DNA of 64,000 nt from an uncultured delta proteobacterium (GCA_963711565.1 CAVQEQ010000003.1:960001-1024000), one strand, 5' to 3'; positions 50,058 to 59,482 are shown, counted from the first letter of the stretch. Notes: generated by a model from the letters alone, not told the origin. A program made the numbers and translations.

Positions 50058-52790
50058 ATGCTGGTAATGTCGAAAGGCGCGCTCAGTGTAGGCCAGGCCG
50101 AGACCTACTATCAGGAGAAGTACTCCGAGGACGACTACTATACCGAGTCCCACCGCGTCGCCGGCGAGTGGTCCGGGAAAGCGGCCGAGATCCTCGGGCT
50201 GAGTGGGACCGTCAGCGAGGAAGACTTTCGGACCATCTTGCGCGGAACGAGACCCGGTAGCGGCGAAGTGCTTGTCAGCCCCGCCGCCGGCCGGGACGAA
50301 CGCCGCGCAGGTTGGGATGCGACTTTCAATGCGCCCAAGTCAGTCAGCATCCAGGCGCTCGTTGGCGAAGATTCGCGCCTGCTAGAGGCGCATCGGCGTG
50401 CGGTCGAGTTCGCACTCTCGGAACTTGAAAAGTTCGCACAGGCGCGCCGCCATCGCGGACAGGAGTGGGTTACCACTGGCAACTTCGTTGCGGCCCGCTT
50501 CGAGCACATCGCCGCGCGGCCATCGGAGACCGGGACCCAGGACGGCTACGGCCCCGACCCTCATCTCCACACGCACGTCGTAATCGCCAACATGACGCTT
50601 CGGCCGGACGGCATGTGGCGGAGTCTCGACCCCGTCGAGATCTATCGCAGCCAGAGCTTCACGACCGCGGTTTACCGCTCGGAACTTGGCCGCGAGGTCC
50701 AAGCGCTCGGATATCAAATCAGCGTAACCGCGGCCGACGGACGCTGGGAGCTGCAAGGATACACGCGCGAACAGGTAATGGCGTTTTCCCGCAGACGCCA
50801 AGACATCGAAGCACTTCTGAATCGCCAAAACTCGACCGGAGCGGCAGCGGCCCAAATCGCCGCCCATCAAAGCCGCCTCGCCAAAGAAAAGCGCAACGAA
50901 AATGAGCTGCGCGCGGAATGGAAGGCGCGCGCTCATGACAATCGAATCGCACTCGCCGAGATTTCGGAACGCGCGCTCGCGCGCGGCCCCTCGCAGGCGG
51001 TTTCTCCGGCCGCGATCGAGGAGGCGCTCAGCTTCAGCGTAGCTCACAACACCGAACGCGAAGCCGTTACTGACCGGCGCGCTCTGGAACGTACCGCTCT
51101 TCAGTACGCAATGGGAATCGCCGATCTGGTGGGTGTGCGGCGCGAGACCGGCCTTCGGGAATCACGTGGCGATCTAATTGCTCTTGGAACTTCGCCTTCG
51201 TCTCCGGCGATTGCGTACACCACGCCCGAGATGGTGGCGCTGGAGCGTGAGAATCTCGAACTCATGCGCGCCGGCAGAGGGCGCGCCCAGTCAATCACTA
51301 CCGAACAGCGCGCGCGTAGTTGGGCAGCGGGCCGCTCACTATCCGCCGAACAGGTGCAGGCAGCAACGCTGACACTGACCGCGACTGATTGGCTTACCGC
51401 GATCGAAGGTCGCGCAGGCGCAGCGAAGACCACCACGGTCGGAGCGCTTAACGAGTTCGCTGACAGCACTGGCTACACTGTACGCGGTTTCGCTCCGACC
51501 ACGCGCGCCGTAAAAGCGCTCTCCGAAGCCGGCATCCGGTCCAGAACAGTGGCGAGTCTGCTCGCAAGCCCGCTTCCTGATCGGGCACCCAAAGAGCTGT
51601 GGATCATCGACGAGTCGAGCCTGCTCGGTACTCGCCAGATGAACGCGCTGCTGCACAAGGCGCGAGAGGCCGGGGTCGGTCGGGTCGTCTTCGTCGGCGA
51701 CCAGCGCCAGCATCACGCCATCGAGGCTGGCCGGCCCATCCAACAGATGCAGCGAGCAGGCATGTCCGTCGCGCGATTGGAGACCATCCGTCGCCAAGTC
51801 GATCCCGGATTGCGTGAAGCGGTCACGCTCGCGTCGCGTGGAGAGGTCGGACAGGCAATCGCACTCCTCGAGCGGCAGGGCCGCGTCCGCGAGATCGTAG
51901 ATCCGAATGAGCGCCACGCAGCGATCGCGCGCGAATACCTTGCTGCGCACGAAGCAGGTGAAAAGGTTCTCGTCGTCAGCCCGGCCAACGATGAGCGCCG
52001 CCAGTTGAACGCGGCAATTCGCGCGGCCCTCAAGGAACGCGGGCACATCAGCTCCGACGGACGAGAACAGATCGTGCTCGTGAAACGCGAGCTGACCCGG
52101 CCTCAGCGTAAACGCGGACAGAGTTACGAGGTCGGCGACGTGCTCCGATTCCGGCGGGGAAGTGCGCGCCTGGGCATCGATCGCGGAAGTTACGCCCAGA
52201 TCGAAGCAATCGATCCGGAACGGAACCAAATGGTGGTACGAGATGAAGGAGGAAAAGCTGTCAGCTACGATCCCTCGCGGCTGTCCGGAGTCGAGGTCTT
52301 CCGTCAGGAGCGCCGCGTTCTCGGCGCAGGCGACCGGATTCAATTCCGCGCGCCGGATCGTGCCCTTGGCGTCGCTAATGGAGAGTTTGCGACAATCATT
52401 GCCATCGACGATCACAGAGCGCGGCTGCGCATCGACAACGAGCGCCAGATCGGCGCGGCAATCGCACGTCTGAAGCACATCGACTACGGCTACGCCTCGA
52501 CCTCCCACTCAAGCCAAGGCGCCACGGTTGATCGTGTGATCGCTAATATCGATACGCTCCGCTCGGCTGAACTCGTGAACCGCAAGCAGTTCTACGTCTC
52601 AATCAGCCGGGCGCGCCACGCAGCGACGATCTACACCGACCACCGCTCGGCCCTCCAGCACGCGGTCAGCCGCACCCGCGAGAAGTCGATCGCCTTGGAG
52701 CGCCTCGATCTAAACGCGGGACGAGACATCACGATGGTTCCAGAACCACGCCGCCAGACCATCACGCCGAGCCACGGAATTCGCAGGTGA
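50058..52790 (+). CDS. MOBF relaxase-helicase (TrwC/TraI-like)
   Basis: YY...DDYY, DATFNAPKSVS, DPHLHTH, GRAGAAKTT, IIDESS, HSSQGAT, YVSISR. Confidence 0.95.
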   Translation: MLVMSKGALSVGQAETYYQEKYSEDDYYTESHRVAGEWSGKAAEILGLSGTVSEEDFRTILRGTRPGSGEVLVSPAAGRDERRAGWDATFNAPKSVSIQALVGEDSRLLEAHRRAVEFALSELEKFAQARRHRGQEWVTTGNFVAARFEHIAARPSETGTQDGYGPDPHLHTHVVIANMTLRPDGMWRSLDPVEIYRSQSFTTAVYRSELGREVQALGYQISVTAADGRWELQGYTREQVMAFSRRRQDIEALLNRQNSTGAAAAQIAAHQSRLAKEKRNENELRAEWKARAHDNRIALAEISERALARGPSQAVSPAAIEEALSFSVAHNTEREAVTDRRALERTALQYAMGIADLVGVRRETGLRESRGDLIALGTSPSSPAIAYTTPEMVALERENLELMRAGRGRAQSITTEQRARSWAAGRSLSAEQVQAATLTLTATDWLTAIEGRAGAAKTTTVGALNEFADSTGYTVRGFAPTTRAVKALSEAGIRSRTVASLLASPLPDRAPKELWIIDESSLLGTRQMNALLHKAREAGVGRVVFVGDQRQHHAIEAGRPIQQMQRAGMSVARLETIRRQVDPGLREAVTLASRGEVGQAIALLERQGRVREIVDPNERHAAIAREYLAAHEAGEKVLVVSPANDERRQLNAAIRAALKERGHISSDGREQIVLVKRELTRPQRKRGQSYEVGDVLRFRRGSARLGIDRGSYAQIEAIDPERNQMVVRDEGGKAVSYDPSRLSGVEVFRQERRVLGAGDRIQFRAPDRALGVANGEFATIIAIDDHRARLRIDNERQIGAAIARLKHIDYGYASTSHSSQGATVDRVIANIDTLRSAELVNRKQFYVSISRARHAATIYTDHRSALQHAVSRTREKSIALERLDLNAGRDITMVPEPRRQTITPSHGIRR

Positions 52791-53184
52791 CCCGGTCATG
52801 CCGGGCACTACTGTCGAATCGTTACGTTCATCGTCGCTCCGCTATGAGCGCGGGCACTCGGACTCCGCAAGCTTCGCCGCTCGGCCACGCGGCGCAAGGC
52901 GCCGCTCACGCTCCGCTTCGCGCCGCTGTGAAGGTGGCGCTTGCTCCGCGCGCAACCGCGCCGCCGGCACTCCGCGCCGAACGCTGCGCTCGGCACGCTT
53001 GCAACGCTCCGCTGCGCGCATCTCAGAATCCGGCACCGCCCTCCAGACTCGATCGAGAGGGCGGCGCCTTCAAAATGCCGCGCATTCAAACAGGATCGGA
53101 GCGCCCTGGCCCTTGGGGCAAGCGGGCGCGGACAGTCAGATTGAAGCCGTCGGGTTGCGCAAAAAACTGTGCTTACATCCGCGC

Positions 53185-53215
53185 TTGACTTATGCTCTAA
53201 ATATAGCTAAATAGC
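53185..53215 (+). promoter_or_regulatory. Promoter plus operator (TTGACT ... GCTAAATAGC) of xis-int
   Basis: Operator starts 21 nt after the start of the -35, identical to the pilin promoter. Confidence 0.7.
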
Positions 53216-53278
53216 TAATTGAACCAAAGGGTAACTTCATTCGAGTCTGGACTGATAGCACCAGCCAATTGTTGTTCG

Positions 53279-53569
53279 ATGGCTGCGAACCTCAAATTTG
53301 AACGCGAAGGGGAAGGAGCCGCCGCACGGCAAGCAGCGCTCTCGGCGGTACTGCGCGCAACCGCCGGGGATGCCAAAGTCCTCGAACTCTATCAGCTTCT
53401 CACCGCAGAACAGGCGGCCCGCTTTCTCGGCCTGGCTGAGCCGACCCTTCGCGACATGACTTATCGACACGAGTTACCTCACGTAAAGGTTGGCAAGCGG
53501 GGCGTCCGTTATCGCGTTATTGATTTGATTGGCTGGAGCGACCGCCGGAGCGTCGCTGTTGCATCTTGA
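53279..53569 (+). CDS. Excisionase-like HTH_17 protein
   Basis: LLTAEQAARFLGL...LPHVKVGKRGVRY...DLIGW; upstream of the integrase; start uncertain (53219 or 53279). Confidence 0.82.
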   Translation: MAANLKFEREGEGAAARQAALSAVLRATAGDAKVLELYQLLTAEQAARFLGLAEPTLRDMTYRHELPHVKVGKRGVRYRVIDLIGWSDRRSVAVAS

Positions 53570-53671
53570 GTGAATGATCACGAACTCGCGAAGCTCTGCC
53601 CGACCAGCCCTTGGTAACGGGGAACACGCCAGTTACTGGGTCACGCCGGCGCGGAGAAGGAGGCGACGAAC

Positions 53672-54760
53672 ATGGCACGAGTCGGTAGCAGGGATCGCGG
53701 CCTTTTTGAGCGGCCGACGGGTTCCGGAATTTGGTGGATTCGGTATCACGACCTGAACGGAATAGAGCGGCGGGAGAAGGCCGGCCCGAAAGGATTTGCG
53801 CGCAAGCTGTACGAGAAGCGAAAGACTGAAATCCGTGAAGGCCGATACTTCCCACCCGAACGCCGAAGACCGGTGATGTTTGCCGATATCCTCCAAAGCT
53901 ACCAGCGCGCCGCCGAAGCGGAAGGCCGGTCCGAAGCATGGGGTCCAGAACGTTACCGCCGATTGCGAGAGAGGTTCGGCGGCCAACCTGCCGCCTCAGT
54001 TACTCCGGCAGCGGTCGAGGCTTTCCGCGATGAATTGTCGCGCGACCATGCGCCAGCAACCGTCAATCGCCACCTTCAACTCTTGCGCGCCATTTTTCTC
54101 AGAGCGCTCCGTGACGGCAAAGTCGAATCAGCTCCAACTGGCAAGGTCAGATTCTATCGCGAGAACAACAAGCGCGTGCGCTATCTGAGCGATGAGGAGG
54201 AACTCCGGCTCTTCGATGCGTTGCCGAATTGGTTACATCCCCTCGTGACCATCGCGCTCCACACCGGGATGCGCAGAGGAGAGCTGCTCAATCTTTGTTG
54301 GGCCGACGTTGATTTTACTAGCGGGACTATCACGGTCCGCGAACCGAAGTCGGGAGAAAACGAGCACGTCGTTATGAACGATACCGCGAGGCAGACGCTT
54401 CGAGCTCTATGGGAGAAGCGATCAAAAGTCGTCGCGATCAAGCCTCGGGGACAAGACAATTCGGGCGGTTACGTTTTCACCGCACCTGAAGGCGGTTACA
54501 TTCACACTCTCAACCGATACTGGTACCCAGCGCTAGGACGCGCCCAGATCGAATCCTTCCGCTTCCACGACCTGCGACACACCTTCGCCTCGCGCGCTGC
54601 TATGAGCGGCGTCGATCTGTATACTCTACAAGGGCTGATGAGGCACCGAAGTCCACAGATGACGCAACGCTATGCGCACCTGAGCGCGGCTCATCAGCGA
54701 GAGGCCGTTCGGACTCTTGATCGTTGGCGGCAGCGACAAAACGCGGCGTTGCAGAGTTGA
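53672..54760 (+). CDS. int: Tyrosine recombinase / integrase
   Basis: TGMRRGE, K, FHDLRHTFAS, MRH, TQRYAH; adjacent to attR. Confidence 0.96.
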   Translation: MARVGSRDRGLFERPTGSGIWWIRYHDLNGIERREKAGPKGFARKLYEKRKTEIREGRYFPPERRRPVMFADILQSYQRAAEAEGRSEAWGPERYRRLRERFGGQPAASVTPAAVEAFRDELSRDHAPATVNRHLQLLRAIFLRALRDGKVESAPTGKVRFYRENNKRVRYLSDEEELRLFDALPNWLHPLVTIALHTGMRRGELLNLCWADVDFTSGTITVREPKSGENEHVVMNDTARQTLRALWEKRSKVVAIKPRGQDNSGGYVFTAPEGGYIHTLNRYWYPALGRAQIESFRFHDLRHTFASRAAMSGVDLYTLQGLMRHRSPQMTQRYAHLSAAHQREAVRTLDRWRQRQNAALQS

Positions 54761-54765
54761 GGATT

Positions 54766-54787
54766 GGTGCCGGTTGTGGTGCCGGTT
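54766..54787 (+). promoter_or_regulatory. Putative integrase arm-type sites (GGTGCCGGTT x2)
   Basis: Matches the pair at 3297-3318. Confidence 0.7.
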
Positions 54788-54882
54788 CGCCCACGAATTT
54801 GGACGGAATCCAACGAGTTCAAACGATGAAAAGTCCTTGCATTTCTTAGATTCCTGAGTAGCAGTATCGGTTCCGGCGCGTT

Positions 54883-54927
54883 CTCATAACCCGGAGGTCG
54901 AAGGTTCAAATCCTTCCCCCGCAACCA
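54883..54927 (+). repeat. attR core (duplicated tRNA 3' half)
   Basis: Identical to 3183-3227. Confidence 0.95.
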
Positions 54928-55027
54928 TTAGTCTCACTTTTCTCGCCAATCAAATTTGGGCGATTATATACTTGACGTACCGATTTGTGTATAGTTTCGG
55001 GCCAAATGAAAGGGGAGGCCCGAATGT

Positions 55028-56347
55028 ATGCCCGAAACGATTGCGATCAAACCCGCCGATCTTCTGATCGATGAAGAGAATCCGAGGCTCTCACAACCGA
55101 ACGTCGGTCAGCACAAAGCTCAACAAGCGCTAGCCGAACACCAACAGAAAAAGTTAGAGAGATTGGCTCACGACATCCAGCTTTACGGACTCGATCCGTC
55201 ATCGCTGCCGATTGTGATGCCGTATGGAGAGGGCTCCAATCGATACCTTGTTCTCGAAGGTAATCGGCGGCTGCTGGCTCTGAAAGCATTGGAAAATCCA
55301 GACTCGCTAGCGGAAGGACTCAAGCCAAACATACTCAAACAAATCCGCCGCATCAGCCACGCATATCAAGAGAATCCGATTGAGACAGTTCAATGCGTGG
55401 TCGTGGCCAGCCGCGATGAAGCCCGACATTGGATGGAGTTGCGTCACACTGGACTAAACGAAGGGGCTGGGCTGATGGATTGGGGCTCTGACGAAGCGGC
55501 GCGGTTTCGTGCGAGAACCGGCGGTCTAGAAATCCATTCGCAAGCGTTGAACTTCTTGGAGCAGCTCGGTGCCTTGACGCCAGAACTACGCCGAAAAGTT
55601 CCTGCCACAAGCTTCAAACGCCTAATCGGAACGCCAGAGGTTCGCGCGAAACTTGGCGTCGAGGTGTTGGACGGCAAACTGTACCGGCTCGCTGACAAAA
55701 AGCGCATCGCGAAGGCGATGATGTACGTCGTAAACGATCTCGCTTCCGGCGCGACTAAGGTCGGCAAGATATACCTTAGACCCGATCGCATCAAATATGC
55801 GGATGCTCTTCCGAAAGAGATCGTAGTCACGGCGACGACGAAGTCTGGTCATGGCGAGCCGATTGATTCATCGAGTGGTTCGGCGCGTCCGCGAGGAGCG
55901 ACTACGCCGCGCCCTCGTTCGCGTGACAAGTTGATTCCGCGCGATTGCGTTCTCAACACGACTGATCTTCGGTGCCGCGATATTGAGAGTGAATTGCGCC
56001 GATTGAGTCTCACCAATTCAGCGAATGCCGTCAGCGTGCTGTTCAGAGTCTTCATCGAGCTTTGCGCAGACGATTACATTGAGCGGCTCAAGCTGCCTCT
56101 CACGGCAGACGACAGGCTCGTCACCAAATTGCAGATCGCGTCGCACGATTTGGTGACGCGCAACAAACTGACTAAACAGCAAGCTCGCCCCGTAAATCGC
56201 GCAGCGGCCAAAGATTCTTTTCTCGCCCCGTCCGTCAATATCTTTAACGACTACGTTCACAACAAGAACGTGTTTCCGGCGGGCGGCGATCTGCGCGCCT
56301 ACTGGGATAGCTTACAGCCGTTCGTTGTCGCGATGTGGGCACCATGA
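55028..56347 (+). CDS. ParB/Srx-like N-terminal domain protein with helical (possibly HEPN-like) C-terminus
   Basis: LLIDEENPR and VLEGNRRLLALK ParB-like motifs; C-terminal LFRVFIE...FNDYVHN. Confidence 0.7.
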   Translation: MPETIAIKPADLLIDEENPRLSQPNVGQHKAQQALAEHQQKKLERLAHDIQLYGLDPSSLPIVMPYGEGSNRYLVLEGNRRLLALKALENPDSLAEGLKPNILKQIRRISHAYQENPIETVQCVVVASRDEARHWMELRHTGLNEGAGLMDWGSDEAARFRARTGGLEIHSQALNFLEQLGALTPELRRKVPATSFKRLIGTPEVRAKLGVEVLDGKLYRLADKKRIAKAMMYVVNDLASGATKVGKIYLRPDRIKYADALPKEIVVTATTKSGHGEPIDSSSGSARPRGATTPRPRSRDKLIPRDCVLNTTDLRCRDIESELRRLSLTNSANAVSVLFRVFIELCADDYIERLKLPLTADDRLVTKLQIASHDLVTRNKLTKQQARPVNRAAAKDSFLAPSVNIFNDYVHNKNVFPAGGDLRAYWDSLQPFVVAMWAP

Positions 56348-56392
56348 GCGCAGCTATGGCCATGAACAGTTCAATCGGCTAAGTTGCGCGGT

Positions 56393-57451
56393 ATGCCCTT
56401 TTACACGCCCCTCAGATACCCAGGTGGAAAGCGTCGGCTAGCGCACGCGATAATGCTCCTGATCAGGGAGACCGGCTTGAAAGATGTGCAATATGCTGAG
56501 CCGTTTGCTGGCGGCGCGGCTGTCGCTTTGGCGCTTCTCTTTGAAGAATATGCATCGGTAATCCACATCAACGATCTGAGTCGTCCCGTATACGCCCTCT
56601 GGCACGCGGTTCTCAACGATACGAATGAACTGTGTCGTCGAATCGAAAAGTCACGAACCACGATAGCCGAATGGAAACGACAGCGCGCCGTTTATGTGCG
56701 GCGGGATGAAGCTGACCTTCTAGAGTTAGGATTTGCCGCACTCTTCCTGAACCGCACAAACCGTTCGGGAATCATCAACGGGGGTGTCATCGGCGGACAG
56801 AAACAAACCGGAAAATGGGGAATCGACGCGCGGTTCAACAAGCCGGAACTCATACAGCGCATCCGAAAAATCGGTCGGTACAGCAATCGCGTCCGGCTAT
56901 ATCAGTTGGATGCGATTGCGTTTACGGATCGTCTCGCACCCACGCTCGGACGCGATGCGTTTTTTTTCTTCGATCCGCCCTACATGGAAAACGGTCAAGA
57001 CCTCTACTTAAACGACTACAGCGAGGACGATCATCGGCGCTTGGCAGCCCGCGTATTTCAACTCGAACAACCTTGGGTCGTAACTTACGACTATGCCGCA
57101 GTGTCGTCTGGCCTATACTCTTCGCAGCGTCGGATGATTTACGGGTTTCCCTACAGCGCGCAGAATCGGTACAAAGGCAGAGAGGCGATGTTTTTGTCCG
57201 ATCGCCTGACGCTACCGAATACGTGGGACGGATCAAAGCCGATTCTTCTGGCCTCGCCAGATTCGGAGTATCCGTATTATGGTAGGTTATCGAGTATGAA
57301 AACTCATCCTGAAATGGAAGAAGGCCCCAAGGCAGCCGACCGTTTCGTCAATGCATTGAAAACGGTTCTCGCTGTATCCAAAAGCGCGGTTCCCAATCCG
57401 TTCAGGAAGCCACGGCGCAAGAAAAAAAGCCCGACTACTCGCAAGAGCTAG
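56393..57451 (+). CDS. D12-class N6-adenine DNA methyltransferase (Dam-like)
   Basis: PLRYPGGK, EPFAGG, FLNRTNRSG, DPPY. Confidence 0.92.
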   Translation: MPFYTPLRYPGGKRRLAHAIMLLIRETGLKDVQYAEPFAGGAAVALALLFEEYASVIHINDLSRPVYALWHAVLNDTNELCRRIEKSRTTIAEWKRQRAVYVRRDEADLLELGFAALFLNRTNRSGIINGGVIGGQKQTGKWGIDARFNKPELIQRIRKIGRYSNRVRLYQLDAIAFTDRLAPTLGRDAFFFFDPPYMENGQDLYLNDYSEDDHRRLAARVFQLEQPWVVTYDYAAVSSGLYSSQRRMIYGFPYSAQNRYKGREAMFLSDRLTLPNTWDGSKPILLASPDSEYPYYGRLSSMKTHPEMEEGPKAADRFVNALKTVLAVSKSAVPNPFRKPRRKKKSPTTRKS

Positions 57452-57460
57452 CGGGCTTTT
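57425..57460. terminator. Putative bidirectional terminator
   Basis: AAAAGCCCG...CTC-GCAA-GAG...CGGGCTTTT hairpin between the convergent methylase and transposase genes. Confidence 0.55.
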
Positions 57461-57759
57461 CGGCACTGGTTCAGTTTGAATCTTCGTAATATTCTTCGTC
57501 CACAATCCAGGGCCAACCGAAGGTGAATGCGAGCGCTCGCGCGGCCTCTAAACGCTCGGCGAATTTCTGAGCAAGCGGATCAAAGTTCTCATCGTCGTCG
57601 CACGGCGGTGCGCTGCCATACTCTGTATCTTGACCAGCATCGACAAACGCTCGTGACGATCCTTTTTCACTGACCATAGTTCGCCAACGTGGTCTCGTCG
57701 TCATGGAAATTGACCTCGATTCTAGGTTTTTCGTTTGCCTCGGTTTTGTCGCTGGCGCT

Positions 57760-58710
57760 CTAGTTGAGCACTGCGGGAGATGGTTCGATGTCCTTGCCGG
57801 TCAGGTGCTCGTAGGTCAGTCGTTTGTCCGTGATCTGGGCGAGTGCGCGACTGAATCGGTCGAACTCTCCGCCCTTGCGATTGTTGAATCGAAACGCCTG
57901 CTCGTCCAGATAGCGGAACAGATGGAACGGCTCGACGCTGATATACGTTCCCTTCAATCCGCGTTTTAGCAGACTCCAAAAATTCTCGATGCCGTTCGTA
58001 TGTACGTTACCTCGCACGTAGGTTTCAGCGTGATCGATCACGTTATGCACGTACTCGCGATCCAATCCGTGATAGCCAAGCCACGCATCGCTGAAAATAT
58101 ATGAACCGCCTTTAATGTGTTCTCGGACGAAACCTTGAAGTGTCGATGCCTGCGTATTGGCGATGTGGCGTAAGCGAACCTTCTTGGTATTACGATCCAG
58201 CACTCCCATCACGATTGCTTTTCCGGCCCCGCCCGTGCCCGTGATCTTTGCCTTCTTGTTTTTGTGCATGTTGCGGGCGAGGCCACCGATAAAAGATTCG
58301 TCTACTTCAAACTCCCCAGACGCTAGCTCAAACCCGCCATCTTTCAGGGCCATGCGGAGTCGATGAGCCATGAACCATGCGGTCTTTTGCGTGACTCCGA
58401 GATCGCGCGCCAGTTCGCAGGAACTTATCCCATTTCTACAGTTTACGACGAGCCACAGAGCCGGAAGCCACTTATCCAATCCCAAGGGAGAATCTTCAAA
58501 GATCGTTCCGGTCTTGAGAGAGAACTTCGGTTTCGGATGGCCGCTGTAGCACTTCCATACTCGATTCTTCGCCAAGTACGTTAGCTTGATTGAGCCGCAG
58601 TACGGACACTTGACGCCATCCGGCCATCGAAGCTGCATCATGAGCCGCTTGCAGTTCTCGAAATCCTTGAAGTGAATGATCGCTTGTTGAAGGGTGTTGA
58701 TTCCGTCCAT
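57760..58710 (-). CDS. IS1595-family transposase
   Basis: CPYC Zn ribbon, EVDESFIGG, FSD, HTNGIENFWS, YLDEQAFRFN; start may be 58725. Confidence 0.95.
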   Translation of the reverse strand: MDGINTLQQAIIHFKDFENCKRLMMQLRWPDGVKCPYCGSIKLTYLAKNRVWKCYSGHPKPKFSLKTGTIFEDSPLGLDKWLPALWLVVNCRNGISSCELARDLGVTQKTAWFMAHRLRMALKDGGFELASGEFEVDESFIGGLARNMHKNKKAKITGTGGAGKAIVMGVLDRNTKKVRLRHIANTQASTLQGFVREHIKGGSYIFSDAWLGYHGLDREYVHNVIDHAETYVRGNVHTNGIENFWSLLKRGLKGTYISVEPFHLFRYLDEQAFRFNNRKGGEFDRFSRALAQITDKRLTYEHLTGKDIEPSPAVLN

Positions 58711-59417
58711 GCTCCAAACGTACACGATTCATCGTGGTACGTCAAGTATATAATCGCCCAAATTTGCTTGCCCCACCTGTCTAGGTACGCGAGCTGCTCG
58801 ACTGGACGCCTGATCAGCGGGCCGTGGCCGCGGCCCACTGGATACCCAATCGGGATCGCCGCCGCCGTGTACCATGGATCGGGAATCGCCAGCAGCTTGC
58901 GCACCTCCGGCTCGCATTCGCATAGCAGCGTCGTCAGCACGCAGCCGAGTCCTTCGGCGCGGCACGCGAGCAACAGGTTCTCGACCGCGGTGTAGACCGA
59001 TCCGCCGCCGACCACCGATACGCGCTCCTGCTTCGCGTCGGTGATCGCCATATTTTTAGGATTGAAGCAGAACACCGCGACGACCGGGGTCTCGCCGAAA
59101 TGCGCGCCGAGGTAATCGCCCGCCGCCAGCGTGCGCTCGGCCCGCGCGCGCACTTCCGCCGGCGCGCTCGCCGGAATCGCACCACGATATTGCTTCGAGT
59201 AGGCGATCCATCGCTCGTTGTAGAGCTTGCCGAGCGGCTCCTTCAGCGCGCGATCTTTCACGACGACTATCCGCCACGGCTGGACGTTGCCGCCGGTCGG
59301 CGCCCAGGTTGCTGCTTCGAGCACGCGATGTAGCACGTCGTCCGGAATCGCATCGGGCCGCAATCGCCTGACCGCGCGCAACGTGCGCATCGTTTCGTAG
59401 ATTCCCATTTCCGCCAT
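58638..59417 (-). CDS. Nitroreductase-family protein with 40-aa IS-derived C-terminal extension
   Basis: RAVRR, APTGGNVQPW, NLLLACRAEGLG; native end ...WGKQI* is reconstructable across the TSD. Confidence 0.9.
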   Translation of the reverse strand: MAEMGIYETMRTLRAVRRLRPDAIPDDVLHRVLEAATWAPTGGNVQPWRIVVVKDRALKEPLGKLYNERWIAYSKQYRGAIPASAPAEVRARAERTLAAGDYLGAHFGETPVVAVFCFNPKNMAITDAKQERVSVVGGGSVYTAVENLLLACRAEGLGCVLTTLLCECEPEVRKLLAIPDPWYTAAAIPIGYPVGRGHGPLIRRPVEQLAYLDRWGKQIWAIIYLTYHDESCTFGAWTESTPFNKRSFTSRISRTASGS

Positions 59418-59482
59418 CGTGGTAGCTCCTTTCGTGCTGAAACTAACGAGAGTGTTGCGCGTCTAAACAATAGAAGGAAAGT

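Larger units (their letters stand above)
3228..54927. mobile_element. Integrative mobilizable element / genomic island in tRNA-fMet (~51.7 kb)
   Basis: 45-bp att duplication; tyrosine integrase next to attR; excisionase, MOBF relaxase, coupling protein and ImmR/ImmA-like regulators. Confidence 0.93.
54959..58758 (-). mobile_element. IS1595-family element with passenger genes (tIS), 3800 bp
   Basis: Perfect 23-bp TIR GGCGATTATATACTTGACGTACC (54959-54981 / 58736-58758); 8-bp TSD CAAATTTG (54951-54958 / 58759-58766). Confidence 0.93.

Noticed and set aside
52787-53214. Overlapping Arg/Ala-rich ORFs after the relaxase
   Set aside because: GC-rich non-coding-like DNA open in several frames with no motifs.
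45979-54760. Prophage
   Set aside because: No capsid, terminase or tail genes; the relaxase and coupling protein indicate a mobilizable element.
54883-54927. Second tRNA-Met gene
   Set aside because: Only the 3' 45 nt are present; it is attR.
57471-57979. Short ORFs beside and antisense to the IS1595 transposase 3' end
   Set aside because: No motifs; 57703-57969 is the transposase antisense frame.
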